From a virus (lineage: Duplodnaviria > Caudoviricetes), in IMG/VR virus record IMGVR_UViG_3300031555_000867, positions 4,383 to 68,382 of that record: a DNA stretch of 64,000 nucleotides. One strand, 5' to 3'. Below the pieces are notes generated by a model. The model had not been told where the DNA came from and did not search any database. It saw only the letters and a program-made list of their open reading frames with translations. This document shows, one piece after another, positions 28,043-36,244 of this stretch. Both the position numbers and the translations under genes were made by a program. Position 1 is the first letter of the stretch, and each line of letters begins with the position of its first letter.

Positions 28043-28426
28043 CTAAGATACTGCCTTACCACAATCTCTGATGATTGCTGCATAACTGTCCATGTTGATA
28101 TTCACCTTATGAGTACCACCGCCCTTGAATGCTACAGTGACAATCTCATTGTCATCCAGTTCCATCCCGACAACACCATCTCGTGTCTGTGCAGCTACCT
28201 TGCCCAAGTTTCTTACGAATGCCTTGCGGTCATCGAGTGATATCTGCTCATCCTTTTCGAACATCATCTTCGCTTCGTCAGCTTCATCCAAGATCAGGTG
28301 CTGATTCTTTTCCAACACTGCCAGTACCGCATCCACTGCGTTATCCCAACCTCTTGCATATCCACCGTCATTTACTACGGTCGCACTGCCGATTAACTTT
28401 CTGATTTCTGTTTCGATTGCATTCAT
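28043..28426 (-). CDS. hypothetical protein
   Basis: ORF track. Confidence 0.6.
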   Translation of the reverse strand: MNAIETEIRKLIGSATVVNDGGYARGWDNAVDAVLAVLEKNQHLILDEADEAKMMFEKDEQISLDDRKAFVRNLGKVAAQTRDGVVGMELDDNEIVTVAFKGGGTHKVNINMDSYAAIIRDCGKAVS

Positions 28427-28974
28427 TTCTGTTCCTCCTTATTTCGATACAATTTGTATTTCACGCTCGACTCCGAGCGTTTCATCTGTTCTGCGATTTC
28501 CCTGATGCTATAACCTTGATACCTGAGGAGCCTTAACTGTGACATTTCGTATTCTGTCCAGTAATACGATTCTTCCTTGTCATTCTTCAGCTTCTCTTTG
28601 TACCATGGCAATCCATAGAACAAACTGTCATTCGTTACTTTGGTTGCGTTCCAATCTTCCGGATGCTTTTTCAGATAATCGAGTAAGTTCTCCTGCCTGA
28701 CTACGAGGTAATTTCCTTTCCTCATTATCCGGAGTCCTTTGGACACCCATTTCTTTTTCACGGTACGACTCTGAACTCCGAGTGTCAGACACAGTTGGTT
28801 CATGGTTAGCAAATCAGTACTTTTTTCAAATCCCGATAGACCCATCCGGTTCAGCTTCAGATTTACCGAATCAAATGACCGTCCCAACTTCTTTGCTATC
28901 GTTGCTACCGTGAATGTATCAATCGAGTTTTCGAGGTAGTCCATTTCCTCTTGGGTCCAAGCCTGTCCTGCCAA
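28423..28974 (-). CDS. DNA-binding protein with two Myb/SANT-like HTH repeats
   Basis: WTQEEMDYL...IAKKLGRSFDSV and WTEYEMSQL...IAEQMKRSESSVKYKL. Confidence 0.7.
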   Translation of the reverse strand: MAGQAWTQEEMDYLENSIDTFTVATIAKKLGRSFDSVNLKLNRMGLSGFEKSTDLLTMNQLCLTLGVQSRTVKKKWVSKGLRIMRKGNYLVVRQENLLDYLKKHPEDWNATKVTNDSLFYGLPWYKEKLKNDKEESYYWTEYEMSQLRLLRYQGYSIREIAEQMKRSESSVKYKLYRNKEEQK

Positions 28975-28985
28975 AGTTCTTCCCC

Positions 28986-29174
28986 CTAACTTCCATCAAA
29001 ATTCGGTACGAACCTTGTGTCGAGGGTCTTCCCACATTTGGTACAAACCTTATACTGAGTCTCGCCGGAGAGATTGAAGAACTTCGATTCTCTCCTGCAC
29101 CAAATACCATTATGTCTGCAAAACATCTGCAGTATTTTTGGCTTCGGATTGTTCAATCTGTTTTCTTCTGCCAT
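28986..29174 (-). CDS. small Zn-binding protein
   Basis: CRH...CTKCG. Confidence 0.55.
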   Translation of the reverse strand: MAEENRLNNPKPKILQMFCRHNGIWCRRESKFFNLSGETQYKVCTKCGKTLDTRFVPNFDGS

Positions 29175-29185
29175 GTCATTACCTC

Positions 29186-29455
29186 CTATCCTTCAATGTA
29201 TAAACTTTCACATTTTCTTGCTTTCAGATAGCCTTGTACTGTGGTATCTGAAAGAGTAGGTACAATCTCCACATACAACTCTATTCCCAACTCTTCCCTT
29301 AATACACGATTGATACCTTCAATGCTCTTATGCACTTCACAGTTCATGGCCGAAACAGAGGTCGCCGTATAAGGTTCACCCAAGAAGTAAGGAAGTACAT
29401 CTCTTGCTCTTGCTTCTGCTTCTATAATCAGTTTTATCAATCTACCTGCATCCAT
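29186..29455 (-). CDS. hypothetical protein
   Basis: ORF track. Confidence 0.55.
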   Translation of the reverse strand: MDAGRLIKLIIEAEARARDVLPYFLGEPYTATSVSAMNCEVHKSIEGINRVLREELGIELYVEIVPTLSDTTVQGYLKARKCESLYIEG

Positions 29456-29469
29456 ACTATTTCTGCCTC

Positions 29470-29919
29470 CTACTCTGCCTTGGAATCATCTTCGATGAAC
29501 CAATCGTAATCGAGATTGTACTTCGCCATATACAACGATTTCGCCATATCTTCCAACAACTGATGCTGCATCTCCTGATAGAACAATCCTTCAAGTGAAC
29601 CGCATTCTGCACCAAAGAACTTGAAATGCAACAACTCGTGAATTACAGTCAATTCATGTGGCTGTTTCAGGTTCATATCGTTCGGCATATCCTCTTTCGT
29701 TAAAATACTGATGGTGCCGCATCGGTTTACCCACTGGCAGTTACTCTGCCCGGCAAAATTCTTATCATCCAAATCTGCTCGTTTCACGAATGCAATGGCA
29801 ATGTGCCAATCTCTCAGGAGCAGTCGTTTCTGCCACTCTTTCATGCAATTATACAACTCTCTATCAGTATCAAAGTAAATCTGTGGCTTCAGCGGTGTTT
29901 CTGCTGTCAAATCACTCAT
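29470..29919 (-). CDS. putative zinc metallopeptidase-like protein
   Basis: WQKRL.L.DW.I...TVIHELLH (HExxH). Confidence 0.6.
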   Translation of the reverse strand: MSDLTAETPLKPQIYFDTDRELYNCMKEWQKRLLLRDWHIAIAFVKRADLDDKNFAGQSNCQWVNRCGTISILTKEDMPNDMNLKQPHELTVIHELLHFKFFGAECGSLEGLFYQEMQHQLLEDMAKSLYMAKYNLDYDWFIEDDSKAE

Positions 29920-30172
29920 TTCCGTACACCCCTTTCAGAATTTCGTACAATCCTCTTGCTTCATCATCTCCAAGGACGATACCTTTCAGCATCTTGCCTT
30001 CTTCGGTTCGTCTATCCCACTTGCGGATATCCAACTTCGCTTCCTTGCCGCCGTAGGAAATCATATTGACTTCGGTGGTAAATTCCCCACCATTCTTGTC
30101 TGTTGATGTACTGAGTACACCGAGTTTCTCCTTGATTTCGTAACTAAAATCACTCATTCTTATTTCCTCCAA
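29912..30172 (-). CDS. YdbC/PC4-like ssDNA-binding protein
   Basis: YEIKEKLGVLS...EVNMISY...KLDIRKW...KGI.L. Confidence 0.85.
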   Translation of the reverse strand: MEEIRMSDFSYEIKEKLGVLSTSTDKNGGEFTTEVNMISYGGKEAKLDIRKWDRRTEEGKMLKGIVLGDDEARGLYEILKGVYGNE

Positions 30173-30177
30173 TTCTT

Positions 30178-30489
30178 CTATTCTGCCTTATCGAGAAGAC
30201 AATCCGTGAAAATCTCCCGAACTATCTCCTGCATATCTTCTACTGTTTCTGCTCCGATGATGGCCAACTGCTGTGCCGGGTTAATCGCCTGATAACCGCC
30301 CCATTCATCGTCTGTTTCACCTAAAATCGTGGACCACACCCACTTCTGGTCGAAATCGAAGTAACATTCCTTTACTTCGTACTGCTTTCTCTTCGGACTG
30401 AGGAATGTCATCAGCGATGCTGCCAACTCCAATCTCTTTCGCTCTTCCGTTCCTTTCGGGAACTCCTTAATCTGCTTACTCATCTGCAA
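30178..30489 (-). CDS. hypothetical protein
   Basis: ORF track. Confidence 0.6.
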   Translation of the reverse strand: MQMSKQIKEFPKGTEERKRLELAASLMTFLSPKRKQYEVKECYFDFDQKWVWSTILGETDDEWGGYQAINPAQQLAIIGAETVEDMQEIVREIFTDCLLDKAE

Positions 30490-30497
30490 TCTCCTTT

Positions 30498-30875
30498 CTA
30501 TCCGAGGATGAATTTCAACTCGGAAATTCTATTCTTTGCAAATCGGATGGTGTCTTTCAGGTTCTTGATACATCTCTTCCATTCCTTCACCCAGTAATCT
30601 TCAGTTTCATCTGCGAGCAGGTTCTGATATCTTTCGATTTCTGACTTCAGATACTGAATCTGTTCCTTGTATTCTGCTATCTGCTTCTTCATGTCTTCTT
30701 CGAGTGCTATCTGTTCAGGTGTCTTGCTGTTATCTACGAGCTTTTTGCCGTATTCGTAAATTTCAGTCTTACTGAGATTACTGTTCATGTACATCACTTC
30801 CAAATTCTTGTACACCTGATAGTTATGCTCGTTGTCCTTGCATCCTGTTCCGTTGATAAATTCTGTATATAACAT
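30498..30875 (-). CDS. hypothetical coiled-coil protein
   Basis: First ORF after promoter copy 5. Confidence 0.65.
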   Translation of the reverse strand: MLYTEFINGTGCKDNEHNYQVYKNLEVMYMNSNLSKTEIYEYGKKLVDNSKTPEQIALEEDMKKQIAEYKEQIQYLKSEIERYQNLLADETEDYWVKEWKRCIKNLKDTIRFAKNRISELKFILG

Positions 30876-30907
30876 CCCGACTACCTCCTATTTGGCTATT
30901 TACAATC

Positions 30908-31017
30908 AACCATGTGGTTTATTTATCTTGACTTTATCTTACAACACCAATCGCCTAAGTCAAGATGTTTTTGAATATTTTTCTAAAATATTTTCTTTTA
31001 TATAAACGATTTCGTTT
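30908..31017 (-). promoter_or_regulatory. repeated promoter/operator module, copy 5
   Basis: -35 TTGACT (30963-30958), 16 nt, -10 TAAGAT (30941-30936); AACCATGTGGTT 30908-30919; AAACGATTTCGTTT at 31004. Confidence 0.8.
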
Positions 31018-31023
31018 CAAGAC

Positions 31024-31071
31024 AACAAAAAAAGCCCCCGCAACAACCCATCAGGGCTGAAGCAAGGGCTT
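31024..31071 (-). terminator. intrinsic terminator closing the late/lysis operon
   Basis: AAGCCC...GGGCTT stem plus TTTTTTTGTTG on the minus strand. Confidence 0.7.
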
Positions 31072-31147
31072 CTAAGTGCTGCTTTGTACGAACCACAAGG
31101 GGGTGTGGCTTCACAGCACTACATAATAACGGCCGGAGGTAGACCGA

Positions 31148-31648
31148 TTATGCCTTATTCAATGCGGCGGTCAGAATCTCTTTTACGATATCTTCCTTCG
31201 TGGCATTATCCTGAATTTCGATACCATATCCTGATGCCTTTTCTTTCAGAGCATCCATGGACAACTCAATCAATTCCGCAATCAACTCTACTGAGGTATT
31301 CATTAACTCCTCTTTCAACAATTCTGCGGCGGCCTCTTCGCCTTTTTCCTTTTTCGCTTCGATATAGTTGTCTGCATACTCTCTCATCCAATCGAAAATA
31401 TACTGTGCAATCTTTCGGACTACCTTTTCACTCAGGATTTTCTTGAGTGGAGCCGGAATCTTGAGCATAAGCTGCTCAACCACGCTGTTCATCTTCTCGA
31501 TACCAGTCAATCCAGTGGATTCTGCCAGTGCGATCAATTCACTTACTGCTACGAGTACATTTCCTTTTACCTTGAAATACATCATAACCGCATAGGTTAC
31601 AACGCATACAATGATGATAACTAAATCAATGATTTCTTTTGCGTTCAT
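31148..31648 (-). CDS. putative holin-like membrane protein
   Basis: N-terminal TM helix, LIALAE...G.EK...V pattern; directly after the endolysin. Confidence 0.55.
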   Translation of the reverse strand: MNAKEIIDLVIIIVCVVTYAVMMYFKVKGNVLVAVSELIALAESTGLTGIEKMNSVVEQLMLKIPAPLKKILSEKVVRKIAQYIFDWMREYADNYIEAKKEKGEEAAAELLKEELMNTSVELIAELIELSMDALKEKASGYGIEIQDNATKEDIVKEILTAALNKA

Positions 31649-31667
31649 AAGCTACTCCTTTCAGTGC

Positions 31668-33218
31668 TTAGACCTTCTCGCAATAATCGAGAGAAATCCA
31701 TCCTGCACCGGACTTCAGCTTGCCCCAACCTTTCGTTGAGCCTTTGCCAGTTTTCTCCTCGACAATCGTGAAGGAACCAATACCGGTACACTGACCGGTC
31801 TTATCATAGTTCGTGCCGGGTCCTTTGCGGATATTCAAATCCGTAATGGACACTCTTACCTTGTATGGTACATTACTCTTCGGAGTCTCTACTGTTGCAG
31901 TAGACTTCCCGATTTTCACATACTCCGGATTTTCGAGATAAATCCAACCTACTCCTGACTTCAATTTACCCCATCCATTGCTTACCTGAGTAATCGTGAA
32001 TGAGCCTTTGCCAGTCTGCCCTTTGACAGTTCCTTTCATCGAAGGTTCTGAACGATAGTTGAGGTCTGTAATCAATACCTGCACCATGAATGGAGTCTGA
32101 GGAAAGTCTGTATTCTCTTCCTTCTTCTCCTCAGCCACGGAACCGCCGAGTGCAGCCGTAACTGCATTTGCCAGTTCGCCATATCTTGAATAGAGCCACT
32201 CACCGGGGCAAGACTTATTCGCAAACCATCTGTGAGCAGTCAGCACCATCTCGTCATCTGCCGGTTTATATGCAAGGGTTTTCTCCTTGCTGCCAAGCCA
32301 TAACAGTTTTGTTTTGCCGTTTCTACGGCAGATATCGATACACAACGCTTTTAACTTGCTGTATACCACATCTTTGATTGCATACGGATGAGTCTTATCC
32401 GATGCACACTCGATTGTAACTGCCTGTTGGTCGTTATCATTCGAAGAACTGCACCAACTTCTGTTCGCTTCATCGACACACAAGCACACTCTTCCATCAT
32501 AGCCAATGCCGTAGTTACAGCTTGCCTGTCTGCTCGGACTGGTAAAGCATCCACCGATGCGTTCTGCCGTAAGCTGGCCTACAACTACATGAGGTGTGAT
32601 TCTGCAAAGTTTCTTCGTTCTCTTGCCACTGTGGTTAGGACTTAACACAGTGCAATCTACTAATGGACTGTTACTCATTTTTGTCTCCTCCTTCACTGTC
32701 GTTTTCGCATACTTGTCGTAATAGACCTGACCGTAACCGGCTCTCTTCTGCTGTACAGAGGTTCCCTGATTTGCAGGACGCTCATATTGCAACAAAACGG
32801 CATTGGATGCTTCCAATACCGTCTTTGCTGATTTCAATATGTTCAATACTCCCTTGTAGCCTTCGCTGAGTTCCTTCCACAGGAAATCCAACTGTACTTC
32901 CAAGTCTCCGATTGATTTGCCAGTTCCTTTTACGAAGTTATACAAATTCTGCTTTCTGCTCCAATAAGTCCACTGAGCCAAGCCATATCCGGCCTTATCC
33001 CTGACAAAATTGCCATAGGAACCGTTGTCTACCGCTTTCGTGTACTCATCGTCTGTCATACCGAGTTTCTTCTCGTATGTATTCTGCAGATTGTTCGGTC
33101 TGAGTCCGGATTCTGCATACAGATTGCCCATCAATCCGGCAATTCCATAAGCATTCAATCCCTTTTTGCTGAGAAAATTCCAAATTTTCTCTTCGTTCGT
33201 GCTTCCAATAAGTGACAT
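31668..33218 (-). CDS. endolysin: phage lysozyme-2 domain + amidase-2 domain + two SH3b
   Basis: GIAGLMGNLYAESG/GLAQWT; ITPHVVVG...HRWFANKSCPG; two GWGKLKSG.GWI repeats; start trimmed to ATG 33218 (AAGGAGG). Confidence 0.92.
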   Translation of the reverse strand: MSLIGSTNEEKIWNFLSKKGLNAYGIAGLMGNLYAESGLRPNNLQNTYEKKLGMTDDEYTKAVDNGSYGNFVRDKAGYGLAQWTYWSRKQNLYNFVKGTGKSIGDLEVQLDFLWKELSEGYKGVLNILKSAKTVLEASNAVLLQYERPANQGTSVQQKRAGYGQVYYDKYAKTTVKEETKMSNSPLVDCTVLSPNHSGKRTKKLCRITPHVVVGQLTAERIGGCFTSPSRQASCNYGIGYDGRVCLCVDEANRSWCSSSNDNDQQAVTIECASDKTHPYAIKDVVYSKLKALCIDICRRNGKTKLLWLGSKEKTLAYKPADDEMVLTAHRWFANKSCPGEWLYSRYGELANAVTAALGGSVAEEKKEENTDFPQTPFMVQVLITDLNYRSEPSMKGTVKGQTGKGSFTITQVSNGWGKLKSGVGWIYLENPEYVKIGKSTATVETPKSNVPYKVRVSITDLNIRKGPGTNYDKTGQCTGIGSFTIVEEKTGKGSTKGWGKLKSGAGWISLDYCEKV

Positions 33219-33231
33219 GCCTACCGCCTCC

Positions 33232-33639
33232 TTATCCTCTGCCATCCTCTTCGGAATCAACTTCCGTTTTGTGGCTTTCACCTAATATCTTTCCGTCATT
33301 GTGCTCAAAGATATTGCCCACCGTCTTCATCACAGTCACACCCAAAATTGCAACAATCGCCTGTTCAGACAAACTCTCGACCGGATATACCATTCCGTAC
33401 TGAAGAGTTCCTACAAAAGCAATCAGATATGACAACGATACCCATACCAGTGCGGCAATCTGAGTCGTTACATACAGAAACTCTGTGATGCCTTTGATTG
33501 TGATTTTCTTCTTTGCTCGGGAGCCTTTGATGATGTTTCTATACTTCCGATACTCTCTTCTATGTAGCAAGTAATTCAACAACGCTCCCATAAGAAAGGC
33601 ACATACTGCTACTACAATTACTGCTTTTTCCATCTGCAC
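33232..33639 (-). CDS. membrane protein in the lysis cassette (holin candidate)
   Basis: Three hydrophobic segments; upstream of the endolysin. Confidence 0.6.
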   Translation of the reverse strand: MQMEKAVIVVAVCAFLMGALLNYLLHRREYRKYRNIIKGSRAKKKITIKGITEFLYVTTQIAALVWVSLSYLIAFVGTLQYGMVYPVESLSEQAIVAILGVTVMKTVGNIFEHNDGKILGESHKTEVDSEEDGRG

Positions 33640-33644
33640 ACCTC

Positions 33645-34118
33645 CTACAGAAAATCATGCTTTTTCATTCGTTCTTTGAACGACTCACGGATCAATTCGA
33701 TGCTTGTATTCGTGATATCATTCTTGAACTCCGGATGCTCCCTACAGTAAGCCGTATACCTTGCGATATCTTCCATCGTTTGGTCGAAATGGTCCTTACT
33801 GTGTTTTATGTCGCACCCTAACTCATCTGCAAAACGCAAAATTCTGACTCGTGACTGCACCACGGATTCTTCGAGGATGTCACCTTTCAATTCCTTTCGG
33901 GTTTTCTCCAATTCGGTTTTGACAATACCGACATCCTCTTTAATTCCTGCTACATCACCTTTCAAATCTTTGATGGCTTCCAGAACTTCCTTGTTCTCTT
34001 CTGTCTTGTCATCCTCCAATTTGTCCTTCCTTTTCCGTCTGTCCATGATGTAGTCGATTATGCCTTTGACAATAACCACACCGATGGCAGATGCCAGTCC
34101 AATAAGTGCCTCATTCAT
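33645..34118 (-). CDS. membrane-anchored coiled-coil protein (lysis cassette)
   Basis: N-terminal TM helix, coiled coil, RVRILRFADE motif. Confidence 0.65.
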   Translation of the reverse strand: MNEALIGLASAIGVVIVKGIIDYIMDRRKRKDKLEDDKTEENKEVLEAIKDLKGDVAGIKEDVGIVKTELEKTRKELKGDILEESVVQSRVRILRFADELGCDIKHSKDHFDQTMEDIARYTAYCREHPEFKNDITNTSIELIRESFKERMKKHDFL

Positions 34119-34144
34119 CTTTGCTCCCTTCTGATACCCGAAGA

Positions 34145-34315
34145 CTATTCTTCTTCGGTTGCAGCACTATCCTCAGGCTGCGTATCAATTTTCTTATTAG
34201 AGCCGACTACCACATAACTATACTTGCTTGAAATGATGTTGCTTTCCGGTACTTCGAAGTACTTAGCAAGAATGCTCTTGATGTCGCTCTGATTTACTAC
34301 AATTCCGTTTTGCAT
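34145..34315 (-). CDS. small hypothetical protein (56 aa)
   Basis: Manual translation MQNGIVVNQSDIKSILAKYF...; GGAGG RBS; overlaps the RT stop. Confidence 0.55.
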   Translation of the reverse strand: MQNGIVVNQSDIKSILAKYFEVPESNIISSKYSYVVVGSNKKIDTQPEDSAATEEE

Positions 34316-35481
34316 AATCCATCTTCCTCCTGTAATTTCTTTGCCTTTTCTCTTTCAAAGACATAGATTTCATTTAATCGTTTCTTTATCTGTTCGTTTG
34401 CCACATTCTCCACCATACCTGAGTAGGATGCCACTCGTCTGTCAAAGTCCTCCTGCGTGATTTCTCCTGCAAAGTAGGCACGGCATATCTCATGGAACGA
34501 TGACTTCATCCTGCGGATTGTCTGCTTTCTGAGTTTCAGCTTATTAGCATCAACGATATGTCCAACAAACTCAATCTTTCCAAGTGGCCGGATAGCCGTT
34601 TTCTTATTCAAATCCAAGTGCAGTCTGCTCATCAGAAACTTCTCAATCTCCGTTTTGTAGTACACCGCTTCACTCTTAGAGCGAGCAATGACGATTACAT
34701 CGTCCATGTACCGCACATACATCTTTATCCTGAGTGTGTGCTTGCAGAACTGGTCCAACTCATTCAAGTAGATATTCGCAAACAACTGGCTTGTCAGGTT
34801 GCCAATCGGCATCCCCACTTCTGACAGCCATTCTTCCTCGGCAACTTCCTCTGCCGACATAAATCTTGGTAATCCAAACTTTGCACCGCCCGAATCAACA
34901 ATCACTCTGAGCAATCCCATCAACTGCGGGTCATCTATTCTCTTCGAAAGAATGTCCAACAAAACTTCATGGTCTACTCTGTAGAAATACTTACTGATGT
35001 CGATTTTGAGGTAATACCATTCTCCGGGCTTATTCTCTGCCATCTGCATCCAGTACTGTAAACGCTTTACTGCTTTATGCGAGCCTTTGTCCTTCCGGCA
35101 AGCATAACTGTCCTCAATCATCATCCGGTCAAAGAACGGATTCAGCTCAAGGTACACCGCCCATTGAACTACTCTGCTTGCGATAGGCAATGCCATTACA
35201 AGCCTTTTCTTCGGTACATACACCCAATGCTTTCGGTACGGTCCAAATACGAATGTGCCATCCCTGACTTCCCTTTGGATTCGAAGCAGATTACTGTCTA
35301 GGTCATTGCTAAATTCAAGCATCTCTATACGGTATCTCTTCTGCTTTCTTGCATTCAGGTAGGCTTCATTCAATCTTTCAAATTCAGTCATCGAATAGAA
35401 CACATCTTTCAGCATCTTACGATCATCTGAATCAATGCGTGTGCCGTTTCCGGCTCCGCAGCAAATCGTCATTTCTTCCAT
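34297..35481 (-). CDS. DGR reverse transcriptase
   Basis: YLKIDISKYF, GMPIGNLTSQLFANIYL (DGR-type GxxxSQ), YVRYMDD; no maturase or endonuclease tail; next to TR and avd. Confidence 0.96.
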   Translation of the reverse strand: MEEMTICCGAGNGTRIDSDDRKMLKDVFYSMTEFERLNEAYLNARKQKRYRIEMLEFSNDLDSNLLRIQREVRDGTFVFGPYRKHWVYVPKKRLVMALPIASRVVQWAVYLELNPFFDRMMIEDSYACRKDKGSHKAVKRLQYWMQMAENKPGEWYYLKIDISKYFYRVDHEVLLDILSKRIDDPQLMGLLRVIVDSGGAKFGLPRFMSAEEVAEEEWLSEVGMPIGNLTSQLFANIYLNELDQFCKHTLRIKMYVRYMDDVIVIARSKSEAVYYKTEIEKFLMSRLHLDLNKKTAIRPLGKIEFVGHIVDANKLKLRKQTIRRMKSSFHEICRAYFAGEITQEDFDRRVASYSGMVENVANEQIKKRLNEIYVFEREKAKKLQEEDGLCKTEL

Positions 35482-35570
35482 TTACTCAAACGGAAAGGCT
35501 AACAGACCCCTTTGACCTCTAAACCTGCATGGTTCCTTGAAACCATACACCTATGTCCGTTAGAAGGCAG

Positions 35571-35683
35571 AGCAGAGCGGCCACCAATGTTCGTGTTGAC
35601 ATTAGAACGAGGGTTGTTGAGGTTCGAGTTGAACACCCCTGCATTACCGCCATTGTTCCAGTTACCGCCACGATACAGGCACC
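35571..35683 (-). repeat. DGR template repeat (TR)
   Basis: AAC/AAT-rich; 26 adenines in 113 nt; identical to VR1 and VR2 at all 87 non-A positions. Confidence 0.96.
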
Positions 35684-35698
35684 GCACTGGCCTGTTCC

Positions 35699-36157
35699 CT
35701 ATTTTTCTTTATTCTCTAAACTCTTTGAATAACCGCCAATCATTCTGCCGATTTCATCATTGAATCTAGCCCATACTTCTCGCTCATGCATAGTGAGAGG
35801 TGGAGCAAACTTATCTCCGCAGTATGCCTTATCTGATGCCAGTACAACGAGTTCTTTCAGAACCGCCAACTCTACATCAAGATTCTGCACCGTAGTCTTC
35901 TTGTAGATTTTCTTCTCGATTTCGGTGGCATACTTGAACATATTCAGCATACAATCCCTCATCATGTCTGCCAGTTTTCGGTTCCTTCTCGGAAACTTAT
36001 TTACGACCGGCATTCCATACTTCATCATCTCGCTGATTTTCTCCTTGAGGACGAATTTGTGTGGCTCGATGCCTACTTCCTCAGCATTCTGCGGAACCTC
36101 GTAGCTGCCTCCATAATTCTTCGTAGGTCGGTTATTTCGGCTGTGTTTGTTATCCAT
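35699..36157 (-). CDS. avd: DGR accessory variability determinant (Avd-like four-helix bundle)
   Basis: Lies between target and TR; LDVELAVLK and EIGRMIGG motifs. Confidence 0.9.
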   Translation of the reverse strand: MDNKHSRNNRPTKNYGGSYEVPQNAEEVGIEPHKFVLKEKISEMMKYGMPVVNKFPRRNRKLADMMRDCMLNMFKYATEIEKKIYKKTTVQNLDVELAVLKELVVLASDKAYCGDKFAPPLTMHEREVWARFNDEIGRMIGGYSKSLENKEK

Positions 36158-36191
36158 TCTCTCTCCTATTCATAGATTTTTTCAAAAGAAT

Positions 36192-36213
36192 AGGACGCAC
36201 TCTCGTGCGTCCT
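36192..36213 (-). other. DGR hairpin/cruciform downstream of VR1
   Basis: Perfect 9-bp stem AGGACGCAC/GTGCGTCCT, loop GAGA (coding strand), 43 nt beyond VR1. Confidence 0.85.
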
Positions 36214-36244
36214 TCCAGTTATTCAGCAACCAGTTTGCAGTTTA

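Noticed and set aside
9531-31017. AAAC...GTTT upstream boxes as Firmicutes SOS (LexA) boxes
   Set aside because: The canonical box is GAAC-N4-GTTC; these are AAAC-N6-GTTT.
34297-35481. RT as a group II intron, retron or CRISPR-associated RT
   Set aside because: No maturase/endonuclease extension, no msr-msd and no cas genes; flanked by TR, avd and VR with A-only mismatches.
35499-35687. 62-aa ORF (MRCLYRGGNWNNGGNAG...) that looks like a third lectin-fold gene
   Set aside because: It is the TR read in the VR frame, with AAC-rich codons and no clear RBS; treated as non-coding template.
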